The translations under genes were made by a program, and so were the position numbers. This document shows, in pieces, positions 1-14,359 of a stretch of 64,000 nt of DNA; position 1 is the stretch's first letter; each line of letters begins with the position of its first letter. Below the pieces are notes generated by a model that saw nothing but the letters and a program-made list of their open reading frames with translations, was not told the origin of the DNA and made no database searches. The DNA is taken from the NCBI RefSeq assembly GCF_006345805.1, contig NC_042998.1, positions 67,890,001 to 67,954,000 of the forward strand, given 5' to 3'. The stretch is from Octopus sinensis. Taxonomy: Eukaryota.

Positions 1-388
1 TTTCTTACTCTTTGAATTATAGAGAAATATTTCCTTCAAAGAAGTCATTGCTTGAGGGAAGTAGCAACTACATCAACGAAATGACTCGATTCACTCAACA
101 AACAGGGGAAGAGATGAAGAGACAGAGAGAGAGGCAGAGAAACACATGAAGAGAGAGAGAGAGAGAAAGAATGTCAGTAAAAGAGAATGAAAATCAGAGT
201 TAATACTATCTTGTGATATTGACTTGTTCTAGTAAACTATTTACCTACACAAACACACACATATATAAATTGAGAGGTTTACTTATATATGTGCGTGTGT
301 GTCTCTGTGTGTGTAATTTATGTATATTCTTGATGAAGCCATACCGATATTTCACCATTTACTTTATATTTTTCTTTTATGCTTGCAG

Positions 389-603
389 GAAGACACTTTA
401 GTGTTGGAATTAGCTCCACGAATTCATCATGAGTGTGAAGCCATGTTAAGCCTCCTTGACCATTATAACTGGACCGACTTCACCATAATAACGACACAGG
501 CCGACGGCTACAGTGAATTCACCTACACTTTACGGAGGCTTGCCAAAAAATACAGTAAAACCTATTCGCCAGATGTAATCCAACACATTCAGTTTGAAAA
601 AAA
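389..603 (+). CDS. Nmdar2: Internal coding exon of an NMDA-type ionotropic glutamate receptor subunit 2-like gene (amino-terminal domain)
   Basis: Acceptor tttttcttttatgcttgcag|GAA (phase 0) and donor AA|gtaaat (phase 2), 215 nt open. Translation EDTLVLELAPRIHHECEAMLSLLDHYNWTDFTIITTQADGYSEFTYTLRR resembles the invertebrate GluN2 ATD motif LQLAPSIEHQ..AMLSILERY.W.QFSVVTSQIAGH.DF. Subunit assignment is from recall. Confidence 0.8.
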
Positions 604-809
604 GTAAATATTCGTTTTACCATTATATATATAACATATTGTACATATATACACACACACCGAATGTTTAGGCATACCGACAAGTATGCATTTACAGATA
701 TATGTATGTGTGTATGTATGTATGTATGTATGTATGTATGTATGTATGTATGTATGTATGTATATGTGTGTGTATGCATGTGTGAATATATATATGTGTG
801 TGTGTGTGA

Positions 810-854
<45 letters not shown>

Positions 855-1361
855 ATATATCAGTCAGGCGCGGAGGTGTTTATACTTGTGTATGTGTAAC
901 CATTTTATTCTTTATTTATTCATGTTATTTATTTAACTATGTTTGAACTTCAGAAATTTTTTTTTTATTTTGTTAAATTCTTGACTTCTCTATCAAATTT
1001 CGTTATCTATTTTACTTTTATTTTTTATTCAACATTAAAAAAACGAAGTGTGATAACATTTTCTTGACGGGTCTATCTCAAATTCGATTTTATTTTTTTT
1101 TTTTTTGTGTGTGTATGTTTGTCGTTCTTGTTATTCGAGTTTTTGTTAGTACTATTATTGTTGTTATTTAGAAACATATTCCTCAGACTTTTCTTTCAAA
1201 TTTCCAAATTTTCAAACGTTTATTTGTTGATATTGATATATTCTCTTTTCTTTTCTTTTTTCTTATCTATATTTCATTCATTGATAGTTCGGGTGCTTAT
1301 TCTAGTGCGTTAAAAATTCGTTAAGAGAGAGTAGGATAACATATTTTATCAATATTGATAT

Positions 1362-1630
1362 TAAGGGCCCACAGCTCCTCAAGAGCCTGACAGACCTGTA
1401 TGGTGCGGATATAGATTTCTTAAAAAAAAAATAAATAACAGATCTCCTCCTGTCAAGGCTTCCGGATGAACCTACATAACGGCAGGAAACGCAGATAAGG
1501 GCAGCAGCATGAAATTCCCTTATTCACCAATTGCCTCATATCGGAGAAGGTTTCAGGTAGTGAGGGAGTGGAAAATGTAACTGTGGTACCCCAGCATGGT
1601 CACAGCTTTTGAGCTAAAACTAGTTAAAGA
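1362..1630 (+). mobile_element. CR1-type LINE, decayed 3' end fragment
   Basis: Aligns by eye to the 3' end of the LINE at 15906-16538 (gggccacagctc...ccggatgaacctac...gggcagcagcat) and ends in the same CCAGCATGG-hairpin-AAAC tail. Confidence 0.7.
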
Positions 1631-2024
1631 GTTGAGAAGCTATAACTTAACCAATTATAATATATTTATTGAAATTGTACGAACATCGAGACTGATTTTA
1701 AGCCCACAAAAAATCTCACTCTACAGATCATATTGTAGGTGTCTTAATCCGTTTTTCTAAAAATGAGGTCATTTCAAGAGAATCCAACGGTATAGGTTTA
1801 CAAATATTGATCTCTAGCATCACAGTTACTTTCAAGTATTGAAGACAAAATTAGCGTTACCAAAATATATTGAATTATCGTTCTTTAGTATCTAGAGAAG
1901 GACATCTGTCAGTCGTTAGTGACTTCATTTCCTGGAGCTACTGCTTCAGAAAACCTTTGACAAATAATGAAATCCCCACGCGCGCGCGCAAACACACACA
2001 CACATATAATATATATATATATAT

Positions 2025-2135
<111 letters not shown>

Positions 2136-2152
2136 TTGTGTATACATCCATC

Positions 2153-2201
<49 letters not shown>

Positions 2202-2465
2202 TATAATTACTTTATATAATTATATAAAGTAATGCTTAAATTTACCGTAAATGGTTCTTTTACATACTGAACACTGCTTAGTAAAATTATTAATTACTAA
2301 TTAATTAATTAATTTTACCCTTATTATTATTAACTGTATACATATATATATATATTTGTGCATACATAAATGCACTGTGCATGCCTTAATGAGGAATCGC
2401 TGCTAGATATGTTGAAACAATTGTCGTGCTAAATAATAAATTCTCCTATATTCCACCTTCCATAA

Positions 2466-2560
2466 TTGTATACATGTACATTGGCAGGGACTATAATCGC
2501 CCCGAAACACCAATCGGTGTTTTCGAGTGATTTAGTCCCTGTCAGTATGCATGTATACAA
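2466..2560 (+). other. 95-nt fold-back hairpin (pre-miRNA-like or tiny MITE)
   Basis: Arms ttgtatacatgtacattggcagggacta...gaaacacc and ggtgttttcg...tagtccctgtcagtatgcatgtatacaa pair over ~40 bp around a 4-nt loop (aatc). Confidence 0.5.
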
Positions 2561-2640
2561 CTACGGACTTTGACTACTACATTAGAGCCTTTTAGCTCTT
2601 ATTTCTAGCAATGTAGGTCCCTAGTCATGTTTAGTGAGAA

Positions 2641-2673
<33 letters not shown>

Positions 2674-3126
2674 CATGCACACGCACACGCTGCATTGTAA
2701 TCAAAGTAGTCAAAATGATTTTTATCGGTCCATAATTTCTCTACGAACAGCATCTAAATTATATTGACAGAGAGATAGAGAATTAGAGAGAGAGAGAGAA
2801 GAGGTGAGAGGGACAAAGAGAGAACGCAAAATGTCAGTTAATATGTTAAAAGAATAGGCGTTATGTAATCACTTTTTCTGGCTTCCAACTCTTTCTGCAA
2901 TAAGAAGCACAGTACTCACAATTCATAGCAGAGACAACTGTTAGCTAATGGAAATGATAACGTAACTTCGGTTGTTTTGTCATTTATTTCTTGATATTAA
3001 GATTTGTCCCCGCCTGACGTTTTACTCTAAAACACAAATATTTTGAGTGCTAACATCTGGTCAATACTATCAATATGCCTAAACGAAGCGAAGTCATTAA
3101 GTATGTATGTATGTATGTATATGTAT

Positions 3127-3195
<69 letters not shown>

Positions 3196-3420
3196 GCTAA
3201 ATATATTCATTTTTTATTTCACAAATCAATGATCAAAGATTTATTACAGATCTTATCATCCAGTGACGAAAACTCAGATGATATGATCGTTAATCGATTT
3301 CTTTATTGATTATTGTAAGGTACGTAATGAAATATCCCAAATACCATTAATTTGTTTTCTAATATTTGTTTTGTTGTTTTAAATGGTGTATGTATATATG
3401 TATATGTGTGTGTGTGTGTG

Positions 3421-3483
<63 letters not shown>

Positions 3484-3488
3484 GTATA

Positions 3489-3537
<49 letters not shown>

Positions 3538-3739
3538 ATAGATATATATATATATATATATATGTATGTATATATAATTATATGTATGTGTATGCATATG
3601 GTTTTTGTGTGTATTTTATATTCATTTTTAATTATTATCCATTATTGTTTTACTATTATTTTTTTTATCGATAAAAGGTCAGTGCCCTTTTTCCTTCATA
3701 TTGAGGTGTCAATGGTGTCGAAATTTATCTACATTCAAA

Positions 3740-4600
3740 TCTTTGCAAATACACTTAGATTTCTTCTTTTTTATTATAGTTGCAAAAAAAAAAAATAACG
3801 TTCAGTCTCTGTGATAATCATTGGAATTGTCACAACGTGTTTTATCAGTTCTGCAATCTCACTAAGAACAGCATCTATATTATATTCCAAGATAAATTCC
3901 AATGGATCAGTTAAAAGTAATATCGCAGGTAGTGTGGAATACTCACTTTCAATTTCAGCTTAGTTTACAGTTTCCATTTGTCAATCATGGAATGTGCTTC
4001 AATGATCAATCCTATATCTTCCGTTGGCAGTTTATTCTTAAAACTAGCGCAGCTATTCTTGTAGAATAATTGAGCTGCTACTAATTGTTTAGCGAAATAT
4101 TATCTCCCAACATTATCAACACACGCGCAGTCACAAACTTCCTTTGCTTCAGATGTGACCATCATTGAAGGATTTACACAACACTTTTGGATTTGTTGTT
4201 TCTAAAATAAAAGCTTTGAAATTTGTTACATATTCATGAACTTTAAATACATCAATTTCTCGAGATTGTATTTAGTTGTGAATCTCTTCAACATGAGGCA
4301 TAATCTGAGGAAAAATCTCCAACCAGAAAATGAATTTTTCATTATTCAGCATTTCAAAATAGCTGTTGTTTCTGAAGTGATTAAATCTGCATTCGGCATT
4401 GATGGAATTTCAGTAAATCGGCTTTCTTAAAGATTGCAAATTTTAATCGAATTCACGCTCCATATGTTAAAGTTACACCTGGTTGAGAAAAGAAACGAAA
4501 ATGTTAATTTTTATACATTTACTGGAAATGCACACACGTTGAGGTATATTTTGCAACCACGCAGTTTAAGGTTCAGTTCCACATCGCCGCACCTTGACAA
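3740..4600 (-). mobile_element. Decayed hAT-superfamily transposase remnant
   Basis: Minus-strand 3866-3796 reads SEIAELIKHVVTIPMIITETERY, like the hAT C-terminal TIP.TTA..ER.FS motif. Weak GAA-M and VH motif echoes lie near 4590-4520. Many stops and frameshifts. Confidence 0.5.
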
Positions 4601-5214
4601 GTGTTTTCTACTGTAACCACGAACTGACTAATGCATTCTGAATGAATCTTGTCAGAAGGTAACTATGTGAATCCTGTATTGTATATGTGTGTGCATGTGT
4701 TCATGTCTATGATAGTTCCCCACAAATGTTTGACAACGGATTTTTGTTTATGTCTTCCTAACTTAGCGATTTTATAAAAGGAGACTGACAGAATATTTAC
4801 TACGTATAACAACTAGTACTAGGGTCGATTTGTTCAACTAAATATTCGAAGTCAATACCCCAACAGAGCCGCAGTCCAATGACCAGAACAAGTAAAGTCT
4901 AAAAACTAAAAGATTGTAAGAAGGTTAGGAAAAAAAATATTCTTGTATCCTGTTTGATACTGGCTGAATTTGATAACAAATGCAGCTGATGCGAATAACA
5001 GAGAAAAAGTGTGCATTGTAATAAACTGCTCTTACTTTAGTTGGCAGACTCTCTTCCTTAGCCTTTCATGACACTTGCATCATCATACATCTGATCTATC
5101 GGTTCTTTTCCATTTCCTTGAAGGAATATATATAATTACTTCAGAATAAGTTTAGATATGCTACCTGTTGTTTGATTTTCTGGAATAAAGTATTCAAAAA
5201 TCCTTTCTCCAAAA

Positions 5215-5368
5215 GGCACAAGGCCGAAATTTGGGGAGAGGAGACTAATCGATTACATCGACACGCAGTGTTTCATTGGTACTTAAATTATCGTCCCCGA
5301 AAGGATAAAACGCAGAGTCGACCTCGGTGGAATTTAAACTCAGTACATAGCAGCAGGCGTACTAATGA
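5215..5368 (-). mobile_element. tRNA-derived SINE family A, partial copy
   Basis: Reverse complement starts aaggcggcgagttggccgaatc, has a ctgagtttaaattcc B-box and gtcgactctgcgtttatcc body, like other family A copies. Confidence 0.75.
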
Positions 5369-5597
5369 TTCGGCCAACTCGCCGCCTTGTACATTTCTTC
5401 ACGCACCACATAATATAGAACAAGTACCATCTGCGGATTTGTGTATTAATCAATGAAATTCCAACTTAGTTTGATTTTCATGTTTTATTATTTAAAATTT
5501 TTACAATTTTACAATATTATGATAACAGAATATTATATATTTATTATGATAAAACGTTTACTTTCATGCTTTACGCGATCATTAGGTTTATGTAGTA

Positions 5598-5689
<92 letters not shown>

Positions 5690-5779
5690 AGTATGTAGTA
5701 GGCTATATATATATTCATGCATACACACATACACACATCACACACGCACTCACACACACACACACAAACACACACATAT

Positions 5780-6075
5780 AAACCGTCACTCTGCCAGTTA
5801 CGACAACGACGGTTCCCTTTGATCCGATCAACAGATCAGCCTGGTTGTGAAATCAACGTGTTAGTGACTAACCACTCCACTGACACACGTACCCTCATCG
5901 TAGCTCTTAAGGAGATTCAGCATGACACTGTGTGTCACGTGGTTGGTCCTTTGAATTACGTGTACGACTCATTTTTGCAGCTGATTTGACTGGAACAGTT
6001 TGAAATAAAGTGTCTTGCTCAAGGAGACAACACACCCCTGGTATCGAACTCTCGACCGAATACCCTAGCCACTTG
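5780..6075 (-). mobile_element. tRNA-derived SINE family C (central tgtctccttgagcaagacactt motif)
   Basis: Minus strand has a tRNA-like head (agtggctagg...gagttcgatacc) and a CORE/V-like central box. Its 3' tail is shared with 26370-26560. Confidence 0.65.
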
Positions 6076-7594
6076 TTTCAGAGAACAGTTCAAATTAGTT
6101 TCTAATTTATCTTCTTCGAACATGTAATGGCGTATGCACCGTTAATTCTTCGATATCTATCTCTGGACATCGTCATCATCATCATCATCGTTGGTAGTAT
6201 TGTATCATTGAAATTAATATGTTCAGAGTATATTCAGCCATATTCTGGGAAATAATCTCTGATATTCACGATAAATTTCCCTATGTTTATACTAATTTTA
6301 TTTGCAGTGGCTTCCTGCTTTGTAACGTAAAATAGTGAGAAGTAAAGGGTAAACGTCATCAAACAAGTCATCAATAATTGAAAAAAAATTAAATGTGTTG
6401 CTATATTTGTAAAGCTATGTCTACACTATTTCAATATATGTATTTTTGTTCTATCAGAATATATAAAACATCATTGAAATTGAGACGATTTGGAGTTGTT
6501 TTAATTAACAATCTACGACTGTGTGATGTGAACTACACCAAAAATAATCACCAATTATAAAAGCTAAACATTGAAGTCGGTTAGAGGAAAATGTTGATCG
6601 CAATATGTTTTATATAATAAACTATTAATAATATAGACATTAGTTTTATTATTTCCTTTATATATTTGACAATTATTTTCCACAGTTATATCAATAAAAT
6701 ATTTTTATAAATTTCCTTCACAAAAATGATAGCAATCATATTTCCCCAACATCTTTGTCAATATCATTCACCATTAATAAGGGAAATAATTTAATTTCGT
6801 ACTTCTTTTTTTTTTTTTTTTGTTATTGTCTGAAACATCTCATATAGATGATTTCCGATAGGGAGAGCAAAACCAATTTAACTCCTGCTCCCGTTTTCTG
6901 AAGCTGAAATTCGATGCCATTTCTCTGTTTTCAATTACTGATTTAAAGCTCGAGAGGTGAGATATATGTTACAAAATCAATATTGTGTGAATACTGCGAT
7001 ACGGCATTGCGATTTATCAATAGTCTTTCGGTCATAATTTATGATATTCAACAACAATGGACAGTTTTGTTTTTGTTATGCAAATGTTCAGAGAAGCAAG
7101 GAACCAAATTAATTAGATATCGGAGACTAGGAACCGGATTAGTAATGCTGTACACCCCCTATACCTGACGCATTTTAATTCTTTGACTTAATATCTAGCA
7201 TCATATGCTCTGCAAGAGAATATTGCTTGCTCATTTGAATAACTAGTGATGTTATAAGACAGTGAAAATCCCAAAGACAGCAGGGAGATTGATGGAACAT
7301 TTTATTCAATTACGTTTGTTAAATCACAAATCTAAATCCAAATCATTAAAAAGTCTGTTTTGATTTCTATTCACCATGGATGATTAAAATATGTACTGTC
7401 AGCATAATGGAATATGTTAAATTTATCATAATCTTATTCTTTAAGAGAATCCATACGGAGATTGAGCTCTGCCTGGGTGTTTGTTTCTTTTTCTGTAATG
7501 GAGCGTTCATTGAAAACAGAGCAAAAAATGCATATATATATATATATACACACATATATATCAATATGTATGTATATATACATATATATATATG

Positions 7595-7642
<48 letters not shown>

Positions 7643-7907
7643 CGTGCGTGCGTGTGTGTGTATTTAAGACAGATGGGTTGCAGTTCAATAAAGCTGTTTC
7701 AGATGTGTTCTTTATCGAAGAACAAAAGTGTTACATCATGCGAAAAAGCCATTTTCTTCAGGTGAATAGAGAGAAAACTTCCAAATGACTTTCATGACAC
7801 GTTGTGTATTCAGTCAGTACTTATGGATAGAAGCATATGTGATGTTTTTTTACTATTTAAATACCTGATTCTTTCGGATCCTCAAAATATTATTATTATT
7901 ATTATTA

Positions 7908-7951
<44 letters not shown>

Positions 7952-8411
7952 GTTGTTGTTGTTGTTGTTATCATTATCATTATTAAGGCGGGGAGGTAAC
8001 AGAATCGTTAGCACGTCAGGTGAAATGCTTAGCAGTATTTCATCTGTCGCTACGTTCTGAGTTCAAATTCTACCGGTTCTAAGCATTGTTGTTTTCTGCA
8101 AGAGCTCCCCCCTTAACGTTATAATTTTTATATTCCGACATCTGAAGACATTATTTATTTTTAAAACAATCAGTTTAGTATTATGGTAATAAATATATTT
8201 AATAAGACTAGTATCTTTACTTGAAATAAACATTTAACTGAGCATTTATATGAATTAGTAACAGAGTGATGTATAAACACACACACATACAAAGGCATGC
8301 TGACAGGCAGACAGACAGATAGAAAGAGATACATATATTAGCCTGGATTTTTAAATTCCTATTCTACATTTATATGTGCGTATGAGTGTGTGTGAAAAGA
8401 ATAAGAAGAAA

Positions 8412-8519
<108 letters not shown>

Positions 8520-9152
8520 GAATATTAAACATTTTGTAAAGCAGGTGTTCTAAGACTTACGTAGTTCGGCGCTTTTATTCACCGAATGATTTTTTTTCTG
8601 AGGCCCCCTCAATTTAGATTTGCCAACACTTTCTATTTTGTTCAATCATTTCCACGGCTTGGAAACCATAGCAACTGAGAACAAAATTCAACATATACTG
8701 TCTTGTATTTAATCGCGGAAAATCAATAATTTATTAATATGTCAATAATACCTAAGGATTGGAAACAAACGTTGGTGCAATGAAAATGAACAAAAAAAAC
8801 AATCATATGTTTTTGCATTCATTTTAATAAGTAATATTCATTCAAAAGGTTATATTTACTAAGTTTGATCTAAAAGAAGAAACGATTTGTGAACATTGAG
8901 AATTGGTGCATCACTAGTCATGTTTCTACTTACTGATAATCCAACGACCTACACATATTCTATATTCGACAAAGATTATTTTTAAATGGGCTTAAATATA
9001 AACATAGAAACAATATTGTTTGTGTCTACTTTAAATATATGTATTTCTAAATAAAATCATAACGACTCTGGAACACCCAGCGATCCCCACACAGCTCTTT
9101 GACATTTGCCGCCTCCTTTTAAGTTGAGATTACTCCAGAAAGAAAATATTCA

Positions 9153-9537
9153 TTTCTATTCTAGGAACAAAGCCTGATATTTGGAGGAGGGGGTCCAGTC
9201 GATTTAATCGACCCCTGGTACTTAGCTTATCGACCCGGAAAGGATATATGCCAAAGTCGACCACGGCGGAATTTGAACTCAGAACGTAAAGACAGATTAA
9301 ATACCTATTTCTTTATTACCCACAAGGGGCTAAACACAGAGGGGACAAACAAGGACAGACATAGGTATTAAGTCGATTACATCGACCCCAGTGCGTAACT
9401 GGTACTTAATTTATCGACCCCGAAAGGATGAAAGGCAAAGTCGACCTCGGCAGAATTTGAACTCACAACGTAACGCAGACGAAATACCGCGAAGCATTTC
9501 GCCCAGCGTGCTAACGTTTCTGCCAGCTTGTCGCCTT
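9153..9537 (-). mobile_element. SINE family A, full dimeric copy
   Basis: Two internal repeats of tatttcgtctg..gttctgagttcaaatt..gtcgactttg..taagtaccag..ggggtcgat separated by a ctgtccttgtttgtcc spacer, behind a tRNA-like head. Confidence 0.85.
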
Positions 9538-9879
9538 CAAGAAAGAAACTATTAATGTTCAGGTTAAGAACTGTTTCGAAATGTAACACTTTGCGCACGA
9601 AAATACTGCAGTTTCAGGCATTTCAATTCCCTAGTGATAATTTGCTACTTAGATTTCGCCATGCCCCCTGCTAGCTGACCTAATCGTTAACACGCAAAGC
9701 AAAGTTCTGAGCGGCATTTCGTCTATCTCTACATTCCGGACCGACGAAATAAGTATGAATTGAGCCTTGGCGTCGATGTAACCTATTAGATTCTTCGCAA
9801 AATTTCAGGATTTGTGTCCATAATAGAATGGTTTACTTCAATACATCATTCTAAGCTTTCCGTCCCTGGTCCCTCAAAT

Positions 9880-10880
9880 CCGCGTAGAATATTTGAAAAT
9901 CAGGATGCCAGACTGGGATAGGAACTGTTTCGATATATAACCTGAATCTAAAGAAATTCTCCAGAGGTTGGCCAGATGGAGTGTAAGTTGGTGTCTACAT
10001 TCCTTCAGGAGACTAGCGAGGAATCTATCAGGGCCTACAGCAGAATAGTATTCGACCTTATTTATTGCTGCTATAATGTCTGAGGCAGTGAAGGTTATAT
10101 TCGAGTTTTATGTTGGGAATCAACTTCGTTCGCTTCTCTTACGTCAATATCAGTGGGATCACTAAAGGCAGAGCAGCATTGTTGCTGCAGTATTTCTGCC
10201 ATTTCTTTAGCATCGTGTTGAGGAATTTATCTTCGATAAATGGCGCAATGGGTGAGACAGTGGTTTTATGCTTATTAGAATAACAGAAAACACATTTTCG
10301 GTTCTGTCTGATGTTTTTGATTACCCACTGTTCCTCTGTAGCTCTTTGATTTTCAATGGAGGTTTTCATGTCGGTCTGCAGATGAAGTTTTTCCAACTCC
10401 AGCCTTTTCCTTGTTGTTGAATGTGGATGTTGTATGTGGGAGTATTTTAATCGGTTTGATTTTATTGAGTCTTTTGATGCGCCTGATGAGTGTTATTTTC
10501 TTTTTTGGGGAGCCGGTTTCTGTTTGTGTTAATGAATTTCATAGGAGACTGTTTTGAGCATGTATAGGTGACAATGTCCTCAAAGTGCTGCCATGCAATC
10601 TCAATGTGAGTGGAACGGAGAGTAAAGGACCAGTCGATGAAGGACAGATCTTTTCTGATTGCTCCCCAGTCCCCTTTGTGGAAGTTTATGTTGTCAAATA
10701 TGTGCAGTGTAGTAGGATAGGGTGGTTTGTTTTCATATGCCGGAAATTAAAATTGCAGCATATCATGTCGTGGTCTGAGAGGAGATATTTTTCAACTGAA
10801 ATACTGTGAACGGAGTTAGAGTGGCTGGTTAATATTTGATCGAAGATAGTTTTATTCTGTCTTGTTGATTCGAGCACTAG
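9880..10880 (-). mobile_element. CR1-type LINE ORF2 remnant (endonuclease end plus linker)
   Basis: Minus ORF ..IFDQILTSHSNSVHSISVEKYLLSDHDMICCNF carries the APE SDH motif. The linker and AVGPDRF region are homologous to 11025-11625. Confidence 0.75.
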
Positions 10881-11024
10881 CTGAGTAAGGAAAAAGTTAT
10901 CCAATATATATATATATACATCATTATATATATATTCAAATATACAAATATATATATACAAGTCATTATATATATATATATATATATACAAATCCTTATA
11001 TATACAGAAACATGCTCCCTAGAG

Positions 11025-12640
11025 AGATAAAAACACTCATCAGGAGTATCAAAAGACTTAATATAAAAATCAATTGAAATTCTCCCACATATAGCATCCA
11101 CAACAACAATGAGAAAGCTTTAGTTTGTAAAACTTCATTTGCAGACCAACATGAAAACCTGCATTGAAGATCAAAGAGCCACAGAGGAACAGTGATAATG
11201 AAAAAGTCAAGCAGAACTCAAAAGGGTTCAATTCATATGCAAATAAGCATAGGACCGCTGTCTCACTTGTTGGTCCATTGATCGATGATAACAGCAATCT
11301 CCAACATGATGCTAAAGAAATGGCAGAAGTACTGCAGGAACAATACTGCTTTGTCTTTAGTAAGCCTACTGATATTGACGCAAGTCATGTGAAGGTCGTC
11401 GATCCTCAACGTACAATCTAGGACATAACCTTTACTGCTTCAGACATTATAGCAGCAATAATTGAGAACAAATACTATTCCGCTGTAGGCCCTGATAGAT
11501 TCCCCGCTTATCTCCTGAAGGAATGTAGACACCAAGTTGCAGTCCCTCTAACCAACCTCTGGAGAAATTGTTTAGAAAGTTATATACTGAAGCAGTAGTT
11601 ATCCCAGTCTTTCATCCCCGTTTTCAAACAGGGAAACAGGTCCCTCGCAGCCAACTATCGCCCAGTGTCACTCATATCCCTTATCATCAAATGGCTTGAA
11701 AGGGTGATGAGATGAAAGATATCTGGTTTGCTGGTGAACCACAATTTCCTAAATTAATACTAGCATGGCTTTTGCTGCGACACGAACTGTCTAACACGGC
11801 TCTTTCTCTACATCAAAGATGTCCTTAAAGCCTTGAGATCAAGTTCGAACTCCGATGTCATATATCTTGACTGCAGTAAAGCGTTTGACATAGTCGGTCA
11901 CAATATCCTACTGTCAAAATTATTAAATGTTGGAATCCGTTGAAAACTACTATACTGAATGAAGTATTACCTGGAGGACAGAACACAACATGTGACCCGT
12001 GGAATTCACTCAAATCCAGTGGTGTCCTTCAGAAGACAGTCTTGCGTCCGCTTCTCTTTAGTCTACATAAACAACCTTTCCAGCGTCATGAAACACAACA
12101 ATATGAAAATATTCGCTGATGTCTCCAACTTCCAGAACATTAACGGAGAAGTAAAGCGAACTGAACTCCTTTCTGATTTACATGCTGTGAGTCAACGAGC
12201 AGGCAAAAACAAAATGCAACTAAACGAGAGAAAATTTTAACTGATGCATTTAGGAAGAATGATTATGCTAGAACAATCATATTTTCTTCTTTCAGCGGAA
12301 CAACTCACAGCATCTAATAATATGAGAGACCTTAGAGCAATTATTGACAACAATCTCAGCAGGAGTGACCACATCAACAATAAGATCGATATAGATTGTA
12401 AGTTGACCTTCTGGTCCAGAGAACAAGGTGTCATCATTCCTCTTTTCTCCTCTTTTCTACTGTCATATCTCAAATGCTTCTGCCCTCTGTGGTGGTCTCT
12501 CTATACAAAATACAACATTTCGAATCACCCCAGAGGGCATTCACTAAAAGAATTAAGGTATGACTGATCTCGATTACTGGGACCACCTCAAAGTACCCCA
12601 TATCAGTTGTGGACTTCGCTTAAAAGAAACTCTCAAAATT
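11025..12640 (+). mobile_element. CR1-type LINE ORF2 remnant (linker plus RT), heavily frameshifted
   Basis: Decayed motifs LVGPLID...AKEMAEVLQEQYCFVFS, GPDRFP, NYRPVSL, QHGF, DVIYLDCSKAFD and IFAD. Confidence 0.8.
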
Positions 12641-13072
12641 CTAACCCACAACTCACCACAATTTCTTAATAAGTATAACGAGGCCCTCACTACGTGGAAG
12701 CACAAATTCTTCCGCACTTTCAAATTCTTTCATAAATTTAAATGTAAGCTCACCCCCCACTAGTAGCACCCACATTCATACACTTATGATCATTAACGCA
12801 TACCCCTTCTATATCTCTACAACACTTATTTCTATCTAATGTCTGACCTCATATCTATCTACAGCACCTCATCACACAATGAGATAATATTTAATTCATT
12901 AATTTATCCTTAATTTATTCTAAACCTTAACCCTAAAAATCCCCTAATATAAATCCTTTAACTCTAACTCCCACTCATAAATACTCATATACGACGTGAG
13001 ATGTTTGCCTTGCCTTAATGCTTGACGTCTTGTTTAACAATCATATATATATACAAAATTTAGAGGACTGAC

Positions 13073-13356
13073 CACTAAAAGTGGACAGCCTGTATACTAG
13101 ATATAGACGTCAAAATCGCTATTTTCCACGAAGAATGTGTTCTCAAGAAAAAGTTCAGCAAAAAAACAAAGTGTAAAAATAAGCAAGACAAATGGAAATA
13201 TACGAAATAAAAAACGATTACCTATGTACTAATTAGTTTCACTTGTTAATATTTACATTTATGGATACATAAATACCTGCAAGATCATCAACATTCTTCG
13301 GGGAAAATGGCGATTTTGACCTCTATATCTAGCATACCGGCTGTCCACTTTTAGTG
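13073..13356. mobile_element. CACTA/EnSpm-like MITE with ~68-bp TIRs
   Basis: Left cactaaaagtggacagcc..gaagaatgt is the inverted repeat of right acattcttc..ggctgtccacttttagtg. Both ends are flanked by AC (2-bp TSD candidate). Confidence 0.7.
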
Positions 13357-14092
13357 ACTTAAGGGCGCACAGAAACAAAGAGATAAAAGAATACCAGACT
13401 TTAAAAATGAATTAGTAAAGTACTTGGGTGCATTTAATCGATTAAATCCCTTCAAGCGAGTATCCCAGCATGGCCGCAGCCCTATGACTTTAAACAAATA
13501 AAAGAATAAAAGAACAATATTTAGAAAACAGTCCAATTTATTGTGATAACAACCCTGTCTATGTAATTGCTCCCCTTTATGTGTCACCCTTTGTGACAAT
13601 TATATGTTATAAACACACCGTATTATATATTAGCAGGCGCTCAACCTACCTATCATGTTGTCATAGCAATACGTCTGAGCTATAGTAAAAATCTCTACTA
13701 CACACTACAAATAATTGCAGGAGTAAGACATAAGCTGACTGACACTTTTAGCGGTTATTACACTTAATTTATGTATTCACTGTATTCTATAGTATTATTA
13801 CGAGTAAATTATATATTGAAGTTATAGACTCATGAAACGAGCTTGCAGAGAAAACCTATTTCACGGTTACGTTTAATAGGACGTCAGTGTCAATCTTTCG
13901 CCGATACAAATTAATTCAAAGCTGTCTACTAAAAGATACAGAATTATCTTCATATTTCTGATTAGGTTTTCTTTTCATCTAGCTGCTTTCTTCACACAAA
14001 TACATACACATACATTTACGAGGGAAACCTATAAGAACATACGCACATACATATAATATATACATTTAGAATATATATAATGATACATACAT

Positions 14093-14123
<31 letters not shown>

Positions 14124-14325
14124 CATACACATACACACACATATGCATGTATGTATGTATACACATATATACAGACGCAGTGCCGTAGGGTATTAATATA
14201 TAAATATATTTATATACTACTACACTCCGTTAGTATCTTTGTGTCGGTTAGTGTATATATATATATATGTCTATGTATATGTATTTATAACACGTATATA
14301 TATATTCATGCACATATGTTATACG

Positions 14326-14359
<34 letters not shown>

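Noticed and set aside
12920-12975. Telomere-like taaccctaa words (also ccctaaccc near 21040)
   Set aside because: They are single degenerate units, not an array.
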